Shown here: piece by piece, positions 40,501 through 53,202 of the stretch
Position numbering within the stretch: the stretch's first letter is position 1
How the letters are laid out: each line of letters starts with the position of its first letter
Origin: Klebsormidium nitens
Lineage: Eukaryota; Plantae; Klebsormidiophyceae
DNA length: 64,000 nt
Direction: 5' to 3'
Assembly: GCA_000708835.1 (NCBI GenBank)
Contig: DF236978.1
Location: forward strand, 283,046-347,045
Made by a program: the position numbers and the translations under genes
The notes under the pieces: generated by a model
What the model was told of the DNA's origin: nothing
Seen by the model: only the letters and a program-made list of their open reading frames with translations
Database searches by the model: none

Positions 40501-43500
40501 TCGGGTTAGTGTGACGGTGAGGGTGGGTACGGGTGCGGAGCGGGTACATTTTGTCGGTTTAAGTTTTTCCTTTTGCTGTCCCGGGGAACTGTTACGATTC
40601 TACCTAGAAACTATCGTACCTGAAAGTATTGGACTTATACAACCAAGCTTACGCTCTTATTTCAGCGAGCTGAGCTGGTCTTCAAGCGACTTACTCAGGC
40701 CCTTGCTGTGAGCATATGGCAGGAAGTATGACGTGGCCAGCAGCGCGAAGACGGCAACTAGTATGGAAATCACGACTTCTAGGAGGTAAACCGGGGAGGC
40801 ACCCGGGGATCTGCAACGGAGCACTTCTGATCAGTCCCGCACTCGCCGTTTGCTCTGAAGGCGTGCCTCGATCAGCAGATCCGCCTTGGAAGCCTCATGC
40901 GCTCAACGTAATGCCACAAAATCCTCTGCAAATGACACGCTTGCCACAATAAAGACAAGCCTATTTATCTTTATAGGCTTGTCAGAAGGGACTAATCTTT
41001 GCAATATGTGTTATGTCTTGATCAAGCAAAGAGACGGTCAACAACAGGTTCCGCCGGGCAAAGCCATCTGAGGTCGAATTTCTTTCTAAAGAAGTCGAGG
41101 ACTACAGGGGTTGCACCCCGCCAAAATGGTCGCTTACTTATCGAAGCGCCCCGCTGACGAATTCATGACGTCAGTCAGGCCGATTGCCGCAGTGGCCGTG
41201 AGCGACGCGGCGAGTGCTGTGGCGGCGAAGCCGGGGGTCGACAGCAGCGAGGCCTCCATGCGGACCTTCGGACGCACAGTGCCTGCGTACGAAACAGTCC
41301 GAACCGGGCATGAACACGCAAATACAGCCCTTAACCGCGCGCTGTTCGAGGAAGGTAACAATCATAGCCCCGGAAACTGTTTCTCTGCATTATGCTCATA
41401 TCAAAAATCTCTAGGATACTCAAAAGCAAGCACTGTTTTTTACGGATTATTTAAATCCACTGCACAGCTGACGGTGCGTGTGTCTGCGGACAAGTGTGCA
41501 TCAGCGAAGGCATCGTGTTAGGGTACTTACAAGCAGCTCAATCCTGCAAACCGTAGCCTTAAAGCTCCGAGCAACATCCAAAGCGGTTGCGCTTTCGATG
41601 TTTGAAACTTACAAAGCACAGCTGCCCGACAAAAAGGAGGGTGCGACATTTGATAATTTCCCCTTTCAAACTCTCCGTTAAAGCAAAGAAGAGCGACAAG
41701 GCAGAGCGCTCAAAACCTGCAAGGCGTTTGCGTGGGAGGTGGGCTTGACTGGAATTACTAGCCGGCTACTGTTTGATTGGTAACCCCTTTTGTCTGGACT
41801 TTAGACAGTCAGCAGACCGTCGGTTTTCAATTGCCCGTCGATACAAGCATACAAACCGAGATTGCGACGTGAAGAAGGCCGGATGTTGGGATGTAGAGAT
41901 TTGGATTATCAGCAATCAATCAACCAGGAGAGTGGGCCCCAAACTCGACTCACAAGCGAGTGTTCCGGCCAGCGCCCACAGCAGCGGGATGTACGCGCTT
42001 CCTACACCGGCCCTTGTCATCACAACCAGTAACGCGAACCACTGCAAAAGGCTGGCGCGGAATAAGACGCTCTCCACCGATCTGCGGGAGAAACGTCACA
42101 CGTTTGTCGGGTGAACAACGACGGGTTTGCAGACGTAGCTGCGTATGGCAGGGCGATGAGTTTGGAAGGCAAGTCTTTTCAAATGCTCCGTTTGTAACAA
42201 ACACCCTGTCGGAGGACAGTTTGCCAAGAAGTATACAGTAAGTCCTTTGTATGACGCGGAGCTTCTGCCCCAGGGTCTCATGAAACAAGAGTTGCCCATT
42301 CTACTTACAACCCGAAAGAACAGAACAGTGCAAAGGCGGGCCTGAGTCTCCTCTTCAAGGTGCAGATCTACGAGCCCTGGCTACCCCTCCTCAACAATAC
42401 GGCATAGTTTCTACATCGCAGGCCCTTCGAAAAAGGAATACTCACATACTTGGCGTCTTCGCCAACACCTTCCTCAACGCAGCTGCTCCTAAACCCTGGA
42501 CTCCAATCGCCCCCGCTAGCGCCGCTCCCCCATAAAGCGGAACCACCAGCCATGGCCGCGCATACGCAGGGTTTGGCCAGGGTTTACTAACCGCTAACAG
42601 GTAAGCCCGGGAACCCGCCATAACCAGGCCCCCGACGAGGGTTAGGGCCTGGGTTAGGAACGCGGTTAGGGGGACGAGGAAGAAGTGTGCTCGGGGAATG
42701 GTAACCCGGGCGTATGCGGGGCCCTTTTGGCTCGGGAAGATGGTCGGGAGGAGAACTAGGACGGGGAGAATGGCGGAGAGGGTGAGGTAGCTGGACGCGG
42801 CTTGGGCGAAGGGGTAGCTGATCAGCTTCAGGCCCTGCAAGAGTGGAGAGAATCTGCTTGAGACTTGTTGGACGGGCGATCGATCTACAGGTTCGTGTGA
42901 GAGTGTATCTGATTCGCTGTCCGTAGGTCTGGTCCTTCCAATCTAATCTGCAATTTAAGCCGGTCATCTCTCAAAGTCTTATTGACAAAGGCCGACGAGG
43001 TGACGACTCTTTCAAGAGGAAGGACTGTCTGAGAAGTAGTTCGAAGAGTGGACGCATCAGGACCGCCACTTCCTTAATCCAGCTGAGATGCAGACGTAGG
43101 CTGAAACAAAGTCCTGCGGAAGAGCCGCTTCGGTGGCTAGAAAGTTCGTCATCAAACAAATCCAGACTACGCCACCTTTGACGTTTTTGTGCTTGAAATG
43201 GATCTCATTGAAAGGCAACGCCTCGGTATACCCATCCTCCCTGTTTTGGATCCAAGTCAAGTCCCACAAGGGATAATATACCTCCTCATTAGCGGATCAA
43301 GTCGAGCGACGTAAGCGCGCGGCAATCGTTTTGACAGAGGGCCACTCCATACCAAACTAATGTTCTTAGCGTCAAGGCAGCAAGAGCTTTCTATATCGGC
43401 CACAAGACCGGGGTGCCAAAAAGAGAGTCAAAGTTCACTACCAGCCTCACTGTTCAAGAGCTTTAGGAGAGCCAGAATCCTTGTTTCAAGGTTGTGAAGC

Positions 43501-46500
43501 GAGATTGAGAGCTGGATTTAGGGAAGCCAAAATCTTGTGCGTACGTTGAAGCCTGCTCTGGTTCAAGCATCCGTTACTAAGAAGAGCAGGATGACATTTG
43601 GTGGCGTCGGGGGAACTGATGCAGCTGGTTTCCCTGAAACCAAAACCGTTTCACTCATTGCCTCCTTTGAAGAAAGGAGAAAACATATAAGGTGACGAAT
43701 TCACTCGTCAGTACGTGGACCCATCTTCAGAACCTGAAAACCCTCATTGATTCTGTGCACTACGGGGCCCTCTAAGCAGGTTATGTAGGCTTTGCACGGT
43801 TTAAGCGCCAACGTATATGTAAGCAAGACGGCTTCGGAAAACTTGACAATGGAAGACTCTGGCTCCTTCAACGAGCACCAGAGGTCCGGTCGTCTTAGCC
43901 GCTTCACGAATCTAAGCGGAACTCTGCATTTCGGAACGGGGGTATACTGATGCTGGCCGTCCGGTTAGTCATAGTCGGACGACATCCTACGGAAAGTATG
44001 CGATCAAGTGGCTTTCGGGCTTCTCAACTGATGGACCCCTTGGGCGGGCACTTCTGCCGATTACTCGGAACTATAATGTCTTAGAATATGCTGACCTGAC
44101 ACGTGGGCAAACACAAACACCTTTTCGAAATGACATCGGTTTTTGCTCCCGAATGTTGGCCAGATTGCAACATAGCAACCCCACACCACGCAGCATATGG
44201 CACCAAGTATACGGAGAGACTCAGTCAACCAGTTAAACGGGGACGAGAAGCGGAAGGTACAAAAGAAGCACGTGAAGGTGGGACGATGCAAGTGAAAACA
44301 TTCAAAGGCTCCTTTGACCGCATACCTTGCACCTTCTACCACTTATCAGCTGAGTCGGTTGGCTTCTCAACCTCATTACTTATCGCGCTAAGCGGCGTCA
44401 GCCGGTGCATCCACGTCCTGACACTCTACTCTGAGCGCCAGTCGCACCTCCTCATCGCCTTCACAAGACTCTCAAAATCACAGGCAGGCCAGGTGGCTTG
44501 AAAGGCCGCAATTACACACAGACATCATTACCAGAGTGCTCTCAAGCAGCTTAAACAAAAGATATCGTCGATGAAATTTAACAAACCGCTTAATAAGGAT
44601 GTGCAAGGATGTGCAACTGGAAATACTGGTTTGACAAAGCACGTTTGAGCACGTGCCCTCACTGTTCGGTGACTCGACAATAATAGAATTTTCAGGCAGA
44701 TCTGCGGAGGCCAAACTACTACCAGGCAGAGTAACAGAAAAATGAGGACACAGGCGACCAGAGCCTTTCGACCGAGTCACTGGAGGCAGTATGTGAACCC
44801 AAGTCGCGTCAAAACGAAGCTTAGCAGGACGTTGCAAGGCATAATCTGGACGCTTCAAGGCCCAGAAATCCAGCCCTTGTCTTCAAGGTAAGAGTAGAGC
44901 CATGTTAGTAAGCGGCGCTTTACGCAAGCAATCGAGACCAGTTTCTCGGGTTGACTGCCAATGAAGGAGCATACGTAAGTACTTATAGAAGCTTTACTAT
45001 CATCAGCATCGACCTTTTTGCAAGGGTCGGCGACCTAAAGTCTTTGGCTTCCCTTCAAAGAGGCCAGAGCTTGGCTCGTCCTTGCTACTAGAGGGCATGA
45101 AAGATCCTGGCTTTCAGCTCACGTAGTATTGTGCCTTCCGCCTTGCTAGCAAAATTCACTTGTCTTACATTCTTCCGGGACATGAATGCAGCATCTGGAA
45201 CGTGGCAAGTGCAGAATCGGCTCTGCAGAGTGCCGAGAAAGACTCCTCCCTGCCGCAACTTACGGAGGTTTCCTAGAAATGCACTTGATTCCGACCGCAA
45301 CGAATCCGAATAAGTCCAAGAAGGTCTTGCCTGAATTACGCACACAATGATTTTGAGAGACCTACGGACAGCGGAAAAGACCAGCATTGGAGAATGTGCC
45401 GTTGATTGGATTCTCGAACGTGATTTGAACTTCGTTTCGACAGACTCGCAAAGAGGCAACGAGGACAGCAAGAAGACTCAACGAAGAAGCGCATACGTAG
45501 CTTTCGGGTACTCTGCAGGCCACTAGCAGAAGCTGAAAACCACGTTCAATTGTAACTTGCGCCGAGGCGACAATTCGTTCGTCCTGTTTAGTCCACTGCA
45601 TCTTTCAACGTCGTTGCATCTTTCAATTCGTAATTCGCTGAAAGCCACGCGGTCTTATACGAATCTTATGATACCGTGTGCAGATGTCAAACCTTGGGCA
45701 GAAGCAAAGGAGCGGTCAGGCTCTAGAAAAAAACGTCACGGCTGACATCGGGTGCAAGAAATGTTTACAATGCTTAGCACGGTGGAAGAACAGCATCAGC
45801 GGACGTGCTAGGACCCTTCTGGCTTGTTTGCTTTGCGCACCAGCTTCTGCTCCTCTTAGCTGCTCTAACGGTCCACATAGATCAGTCAAGAGCCGGACGC
45901 AGATGATGGAGACAGCAGACAGATCTTTTGAAAAAGCTTTCTGCTTGAAGGAACCATCCACTCGAAAAAAAAGAACAGCGTACTACTTCGATGCACGAAG
46001 TGTCACCTGTTACTAAATATTGAAATCGGCACGGAACCAGCGCCATATGTTACGGGATTTACACCCTGACTGGCATATTGCCACGCTCGAGACCAATCCG
46101 ATGAAGGCCAGGATTGCGACCACCTCTCAGGAAAATGCTTCACGGAAATTTTGAAGAGCAACTTAGATGTGGCGCACTGCACCAGAGTCCCACGAGATCG
46201 TGGAACGAGAATCACGTCAACAAAGTCAGCGAGCGTCCGAAGCACGCGGTGGGCTGAATAGGGGTGCACCCAATGCAACTGGTGCCGACTTGAGTTGCTT
46301 TCGAGAACCTTCGGGGTGAGGAAGCGCAGCATCGCTCCGCATTGAATCACGACCAATGACGACCTTGGCTGTCAAGGATAGAGGCCAAGATATTTCATGC
46401 CATCATTGCCACCGATCATCCAGAGACAGCACAATGAACGCACTTGCGAGTATAATAGATTCTAAGAAAGCTGCTCGACTTGAGTAAGCCACAACTAGGC

Positions 46501-49500
46501 AGAATGAGGAGCTTGCTACTTGTAGCATAAGTACAGGTAGCAGAGTCACGTGCGCAAGTCGAGCGCACGTCGGAGTATTCTGGGAGGAGACTACTGTTTG
46601 TATTGTAACGGTGTGGATACAGGAAACAAGGAGGGAAACTTTCTTTTTCCCTCCTTCCGGGGATGTTTAAGGCCAGGACAAAAGGAGCAGAGCAGAAGAG
46701 ATATGGGAAGCTGACACGATAAATGAATTCATGAGCCCCAAAGTTCTCGAGACCTCCCTTCACGCCTCACTGTTTCATGTCGGGTCGTAAGATGTCCGGG
46801 AAACTCACACTGGCAGCATCAGGGTGAATCTGGATCCAACCGAGGCTGGCTTTCTGAGCGTGCCAAGCGTAGACCATCTTAGCTGCAAGCAGAAGCACTA
46901 ACTATGGAACTACGATCACGCAACAACGGGTTCTCGCTTCATTTAGGTGCTGGTCGAAAAGGTCATTATGCATTCTTCTACTGGGTATCTTTTGATTAAG
47001 CTTTGAAAATGCAAACGGATTGGTCTGAACTCTGAAAGGGCGACTGACTTCCACTCCCACTGGGAGGGGTCAGAGATGTGTACGTCGTAATTGAAGTCTG
47101 CCCTCAACAAGACTGCCGGATCGTGATCACCCTGTCCCATTTAACTGCAGTTGTGCTTGCAGAAGAGGGCCTGACCATCATCTTTGAGCAAAGCTACGAA
47201 AATGAATGACCAGCTTGTAATCCTCGTCAGACCACAATCTCCGTCCCATGAATCTTAGTTGCCACTGGAAAGTCCACAAAAGAGTCAGAGCGTCTCAGAT
47301 TCACATCTAAAAGCGAATCACGCTCGCCTTTTGTAGAGGAACTAATCTGTAGAACTAGAACCGAAATCATGCTGGCTTCAGATTACAATCTGCCCCTGGC
47401 CATTTTACAGCAAGCCAGTAAGGCTGTAATTGCTTCATAGCCGTCCAAGATCGCCACGTCACGGTTTATTGATCGGAATGCCCAGGTTCCTAAGGTCTTG
47501 CAATGGCATTCAGGTAACATTCAACAGCATCGCTACCAAGCCTAGCCAAACGAGGATGCAACGATCAGAAAGAAAATTAAGACGATCCGGACCCAAATCG
47601 TTAAGACCGTAGACAACCGCATCTTGTGCATTGAGAGGCCTCTTCAGCTCCTCCATTTCTGACGTACGGTGCAACAAGAAAGCAGCGGTCCGACAACCTT
47701 GCAGGATCATTGGCCGTTGTAAAAGCCAACTCTCTCATCCTTGCCGCTTTCTTGGAGCTTCTGACAAAAGGCAGCCGTGGGCAGTGAACGCAGTCTATCT
47801 GGATTCTTTTCCATGCAACGCACATTTGTGGTAAGCACCAGCAAATATGGCACAGCGTCAGGACGAATTCAGCAACGTCTGGCTCCGTCTATCAAAGCCA
47901 GTCCTGAAGCTTAGGTCTTCCTCGCTGCAGATGAGCTTACTGTGGCGTGCGTTTGAGTTCTCGCAATGCAAGCTCCATACATTAAATATCAAGCAAGTCA
48001 TAAGCAGGACTATCAACGGGGCACTGGACACTGCCTCACCGGGCTTGAGAATCGGATCTTGTGCGGCACAAAAGTCTCTCTTGAACAATCGTAGAATTAG
48101 AGGCGCTAGGAGTTGACTTTACCCTGGTGGTCTTGTGAAATCGCGAGATTATGGATTCGTTTCCGCTGCTCAACCAAAGGCTTACGAACAAAAATGGACA
48201 GAAACGGAGACGTGATCGTGCAAGAGAACGTGGGGGCTCAAACGGGGGCTTATCACCTATTGTCAGAAATAACCGCTCCTTGCCAAAATGTTCAATGAAA
48301 GCGCTGCCAACGCGAGTACTTCGTCAAACTTTGAGTCGAATTAGATTGATGCTTGATAATCTTCCAGGAGTGGGTCTTCCTGAAAAGACTGCTAGGCAGG
48401 GGTATCATTCCGGCCTCAAAAAAGTCCCACATCAGATGCGGCTCGACCAATCGACTTCAATCAAAACCTCGCATGGCCGCTAGGAGGCTTGGTGATATAC
48501 CGCAGCGCTTGATTTGAAGGAACAGGGAGAGTGAAAGTGCCGTCGGGACCCATTGCTTTCAATGCTTCATTCGCCCTCCTTGCTGATTGCTAATACCCGC
48601 AGACATCACCAGGCATGGAATCCAAAAGTAGAAGCTCATTCTTGAGGACTCGGTCAAGGTTTCTTGTCCTCGAAGGAAAGTTGCTGTGGTCCGAGGCGTT
48701 ACTAGGGAGCTGCCGAGCGAGCACGCTGTTGCATCCAACTAAACAGCATAATTCGAAAAGCAACGCCCTTCAGCGGATGTACCTGGTTTGTAAAAGCCTT
48801 TGGTCTAGCGAGAAGGCACACTGTCGCTTAGTGCTGGGGTTTTGCCCATGCCAATCTAGAGGTGGAGGAGCGAAGTGGAGAATCGGAGACGACAGCTGCG
48901 TAGCACCCTTTCCCAATTCTCAGTCCAGCATTCCTGTTCTGTCTTGTGGCGCAGCATACTTTCACACTGGCAGCTTCAGGAAGTAGTTTGCATGGCTTCC
49001 GTTTGACGCGCCACGCATTGACCATCTTTGCTGCCGAGCGGACTCTTTAGGCAAAAAGAATGACCATGGAAGAACAGTCACACGTGACACGACCTCTTGC
49101 CGCATTTGAGTGGTGAGTAAAGAATAATCGGCCGTTCTTGCCTTCATGTATCTAAAAGTTCCTCAGAAAAGGTTTGGATTGGTTTGAGTGCCGACAGGGC
49201 GACTGACTTTCGCCCCCAGCTGGTTGGAATCAGAGATGGGTATGGAAAAGTTGAAGACTTGCTTCGGATTGCCGGGTCGTGACCATCCTTGGATAGTGAA
49301 ACCGCGCGTTCTAGCACAAGACGCGAAAAACAGCTAGCACACAGCTCGAAACCATCAATTAATGAAGCATATGGGTTTCCGTGCACTCTTTATGCTTCGC
49401 CCGAAGCTGGAGTTCAAAAGACGAGAAGCCGACTCAGAAAGCATTGTCGAAAGAACGTCTAATCTTCAGGAAGGTTTTTTTTAGGAAACCAAGATCCGAA

Positions 49501-52500
49501 GCGCACAGCCAGCTAAGCAAGACCTGGCACTGAAAGGTGCACGAGCACCAGCTGCAGTAGGGCGATCGCGACAACGTCACCGCCAAAGCATCGCGATTCT
49601 AGAGTGGAATTCCAGTACCAGCAAGACGACTTTCACACTTTGTCCGTCTGAGAGTTCCAAAACCACGGTACTGCGATGGTGCTTGCGGAACGGAAGAGGG
49701 GGGGGGCCGACCGCCAATCAAGTCAAGTACGTAACGTGGATGACCAGCTTCTATCACTTTTACACTTACAATTGAATGGACGATCTTCTTCCATGAATCT
49801 TAATACTTGAGAAAAGTGACGAGCCAGAGCCTTCTTTCCAAGGAGGAAAAACGTTTTCAAAGAACGAACGAAACTCACGGCGGCTTCTTACTTGAGTACA
49901 TATGGCCTGTTTCCGGCGGGCCAACAACAATGCGACTGCATCATAGCCGTCTGGTGCCACAATTTACACGCTCTGACACCGATCGCTTGGCCTATTGTCA
50001 TTAGGATATGCAGTCACGTTGAACAGGTAACTTAGAATTTACAGGTTAGAAACGCTGTCAAACGTTCAAAGGAAGTCAGTCTGCGGAGGGATAAAGGTGG
50101 ACGGGTCTTCAATAAAACCTTGCCCAAACCTCCCCACCAAACAGTCGAAGACATATGTTAACCCGCTTGCATATCAGAAACAAAGAAAGGATAAAGAAAA
50201 AGGACATAAAAACGTGTCCGCACGCTTTGGAGCATTTTGAGCAAAGCTCTCTCACCAGAAAGTCGAAGAACACGTTCTCGTACGGCACCGGCTTGCTGCT
50301 CCCCTCCGGCGGGAACACCCTCTCCTGCTCCGCCAGCTCGGTGGAAACCACCACCCGCCGAAGTAACGCCTCCAGGTTATCCCCCGAGTGCTGGAGAGCG
50401 CCCGGTTGGACATACTCCGGGCGGTCGTTCTTGGTGTGGTACACGTGGCCCCGTTTGATGTACGCAAAGTCGAGCCCGGAGAGGCCCCCGACGTCCCGGT
50501 AGACTTGGAAGTCGGTCGCGCTGTTGATGAGGTTGTTCAGGAAGATGTCCTGGCGTGAAAGGATTGGAAAAGCATTGGGGATCTTGCTTTGGCTAAGAGA
50601 CTATCCTGCAGGAGCTCAGGTGATCTTTCAGAGCGAAGGGTTATGGAGACGATGGGTCTGTGAAGCGTTCGAGCTTTGGGTTGATGTTGGGGGGGAGACG
50701 ACGGTTTGTAGTCTGGTTCGAGATCCGAGTTGATGTTGTTCAGTAGCAAGTGATGCAGGGGGCGGAGCAAGTCATATCGTTCTCGCTTTCGGCGGCACTC
50801 CATTGCAGGGATCGGGCGAAGTTCCCAAAGTCAGCTTTCAAAGCGGCAGCTAGAGTCCTCTTCCAGTGTTCAATTTTCTTCTTCGTCCACATGGGAACAG
50901 ACAAAGTGAATCAGACGAAGTATTCGCGGCCACTGCACTCGACCTGGAACACTCTCATCCTCTCGACGCCTGACTACCGTTGAAGCGTTCTCCCCTCAAA
51001 CAGGATACTTTTGCTCGCGACGATTGCACGGTGTGATGGGTGAGACCAGTAAGCGCAAAAGCTAGCACAACAGAAAGGGCAGAAATCCTGAGGGGGAAGG
51101 TTGGGGCCCTAACCTGGGCCACGATGTTTCCTGCAGGGTGCGGTGCCGACTCCACGTAATGGTTGAGCAGCCAGTTGGACGGCCCAGCCTGCAGAGAACA
51201 ACAACTTTTGAAGCATCTAATTCTTCTCATGTAAAGGATGACCCGAGTACAAAAAGTACGGTGCACGAGTCCAGGCGAATGACGACATGAGTATGAAGGA
51301 TAGGGTGCATAAGCACAGACAAAAGTCGAGAGGAACCATTCAGATGCCTGCAATGGCAGTGGAACCTTGTATCAATCTAATTGGACACGCAGTGCGAAGT
51401 AAGGTATCACCAGGGAAAAAGGAACCGCACAGAAGTATATCACTCACCAAGCTCTCCAACTCCAAGGACAGTTGTACAAGATCAACCCTCCAAGTGACAT
51501 CTCAATCCGATCTTCCACCTCGACTTCAACAATCATTTCAATTCTGCATGTGCCACCTTTATTATCCGCAGTCGTTTCGTGAAAATTTTCACAGCCTCTC
51601 CTAACCTGGAAGAGTGTGTGCGGGCCCCCTGATCCCATGGCCTCCAAATCAATGGCCACCCGTACGTTGTCGCTCCAGCGGTGTTTGGTTATGAAGGCGT
51701 GCGCTCCGTCCAGGCCTTCCTCCTCCCCTTCGTTGAACAGAAAGAGGAGCGCATTCGCGCCAACACTGGCTGGGAAGCTCAGGCTGAAGGTGCGAATGAG
51801 CTCCAGGAGGATGGCCACACTGGCGGCGTCGTCGGAGGCGCCGGGGCTGTTTCCAGGAGAATATATAACAGTCACTCATTCATGAAGTGGTCTGGAGGGA
51901 TTGAAAGAAAGAGAAGGAAATCTAGAAGTAGTCTTCATTTCACGGAAGGGGCATGCACGGTGTACAGCTTTGGGCTATCCTTCGAATGTGTCAGACTAGA
52001 TGATGGTTCAGAGCGGAGAGGGCAATAATCTAGGTTAAGACAAACTCTGTTTGGAAAGCTTTTTCTTCCAGGCACTTGAAACTTTAACACAAAAGCTATG
52101 TTCCGAATCGGATGGTGCTTGGACCTGTAAAGTCAGCCATGAGTGCCCAAGCTGGATGCCAGTTTGAGTGACTGTACGGTCTGAAAGTACTATATCAACA
52201 CAGAACATCTTACTTGAAACTCTCAGATCCTAGTTGATGTCTCACACAACTTTTCATGCAGATGCTGTGTCGAAGGGTCAGTCAGAAACAACGAACAACT
52301 GGAGGAAGTACAATCTTTTGAGAGTTCCTCAATGTTGAGTTTTGCTTGAATGCTTAGCTTCAATTACGTGTTATAGTTGAATGATTTTGAAAATCAGAAA
52401 GGTGGTGGTTTGGACCAGTACTCCTAGTACTCGCCTGGGGTAAACTGAGTCAGTGTGCACCGATAGGAGGACCGCATGCCAACTCTCGCTCGTCTCGTCC

Positions 52501-52925
52501 TTGACCCCCCACTGCGCGCCCCTGACCCTCACCACCACATTCCTGAGACCCTGGTACGCCAAGCTCTTCCCGCTGAATGGCCCAACGCTCAGTTGCGACA
52601 CCCCGTTCTCCCCCTCCTGAACATCAACCTCAACGACCACTTTCCCCGATGCATGCTCCTCAATCCATTCCAGTTCCTGCAGTAGGTAATTGTGCACTGA
52701 GTCGAGAGCTGGGGAGCCAACAGGGTGGGGACCAACAGAAGCAATGTGGTCCAAGTGCCGCCGCGCGCGGCCTTCAGAGAACGAATTGAGGGGTGCGTCG
52801 AATGGGAGGGGGCTTGGTGTCCTGCTGGAAAAATTGTACGCGCTCCAAGCGAGGGCAGCCAGCAGGAGCAGCGTGGCGATCCAGGAGGCCTCTGTTGGGC
52901 CTTTGAGCCTTGAAGTGGCCGCCAT
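37530..52925 (-). CDS. ERMP1: Endoplasmic reticulum metallopeptidase 1-like (M28 peptidase with multi-pass TM region)
   Basis: Exons 52925-52435, 51846-51606, 51188-51114, 50549-50256, 42834-42446, 42081-41954, 41282-41138, 40810-40695, 39928-39666, 39287-39068, 38144-37989 and 37735-37530. M28 zinc/catalytic motifs VHTD, PGASDD, NEGEEEGL, IDLE and YHT present. C-terminus LLKLRTD...FGKSTSPY.LA is typical of plant ERMP1. Phases are compatible. Confidence 0.93.
43400..49700 (-). repeat. Diverged ~2.1-kb-period coding-like repeats inside the 7.4-kb ERMP1 intron (decayed nested gene or transposon); boundaries approximate
   Basis: cacactggcagc(a/t)tcagg at ~46807 and ~48963; agggcgactgactt at ~47037 and ~49196; gcag|c(t/a)aagatggtc on the minus strand at 46882 and 49030 (offset ~2150). 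A weaker third copy lies near 44500-44950. Confidence 0.55.
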
Positions 52926-53202
52926 TGTGTTGCCCAGCTGCAGCAGCTGATCAATGACTCATTGACATGATGATTTCAGCTCGTGAGTCAGCCAGCTCGA
53001 GCCCTTCGCTACACGCGGCCGCGCAAATGGCGGCCAGGACGGCCGCGCCGCGGCCACCGGCAAAAAGAAGTGGTGGCAAAAAGTCCGATGCATGGAGAAA
53101 GTGGAAATTGGAATGGTGGCGGCCGTGACGGCGTGAGGGAGGCGTGAGCAAGTACTGAACGCTTTGAGCTGGCATTTTCAGAGATCTTGGTGAGCAGCCA
53201 CA

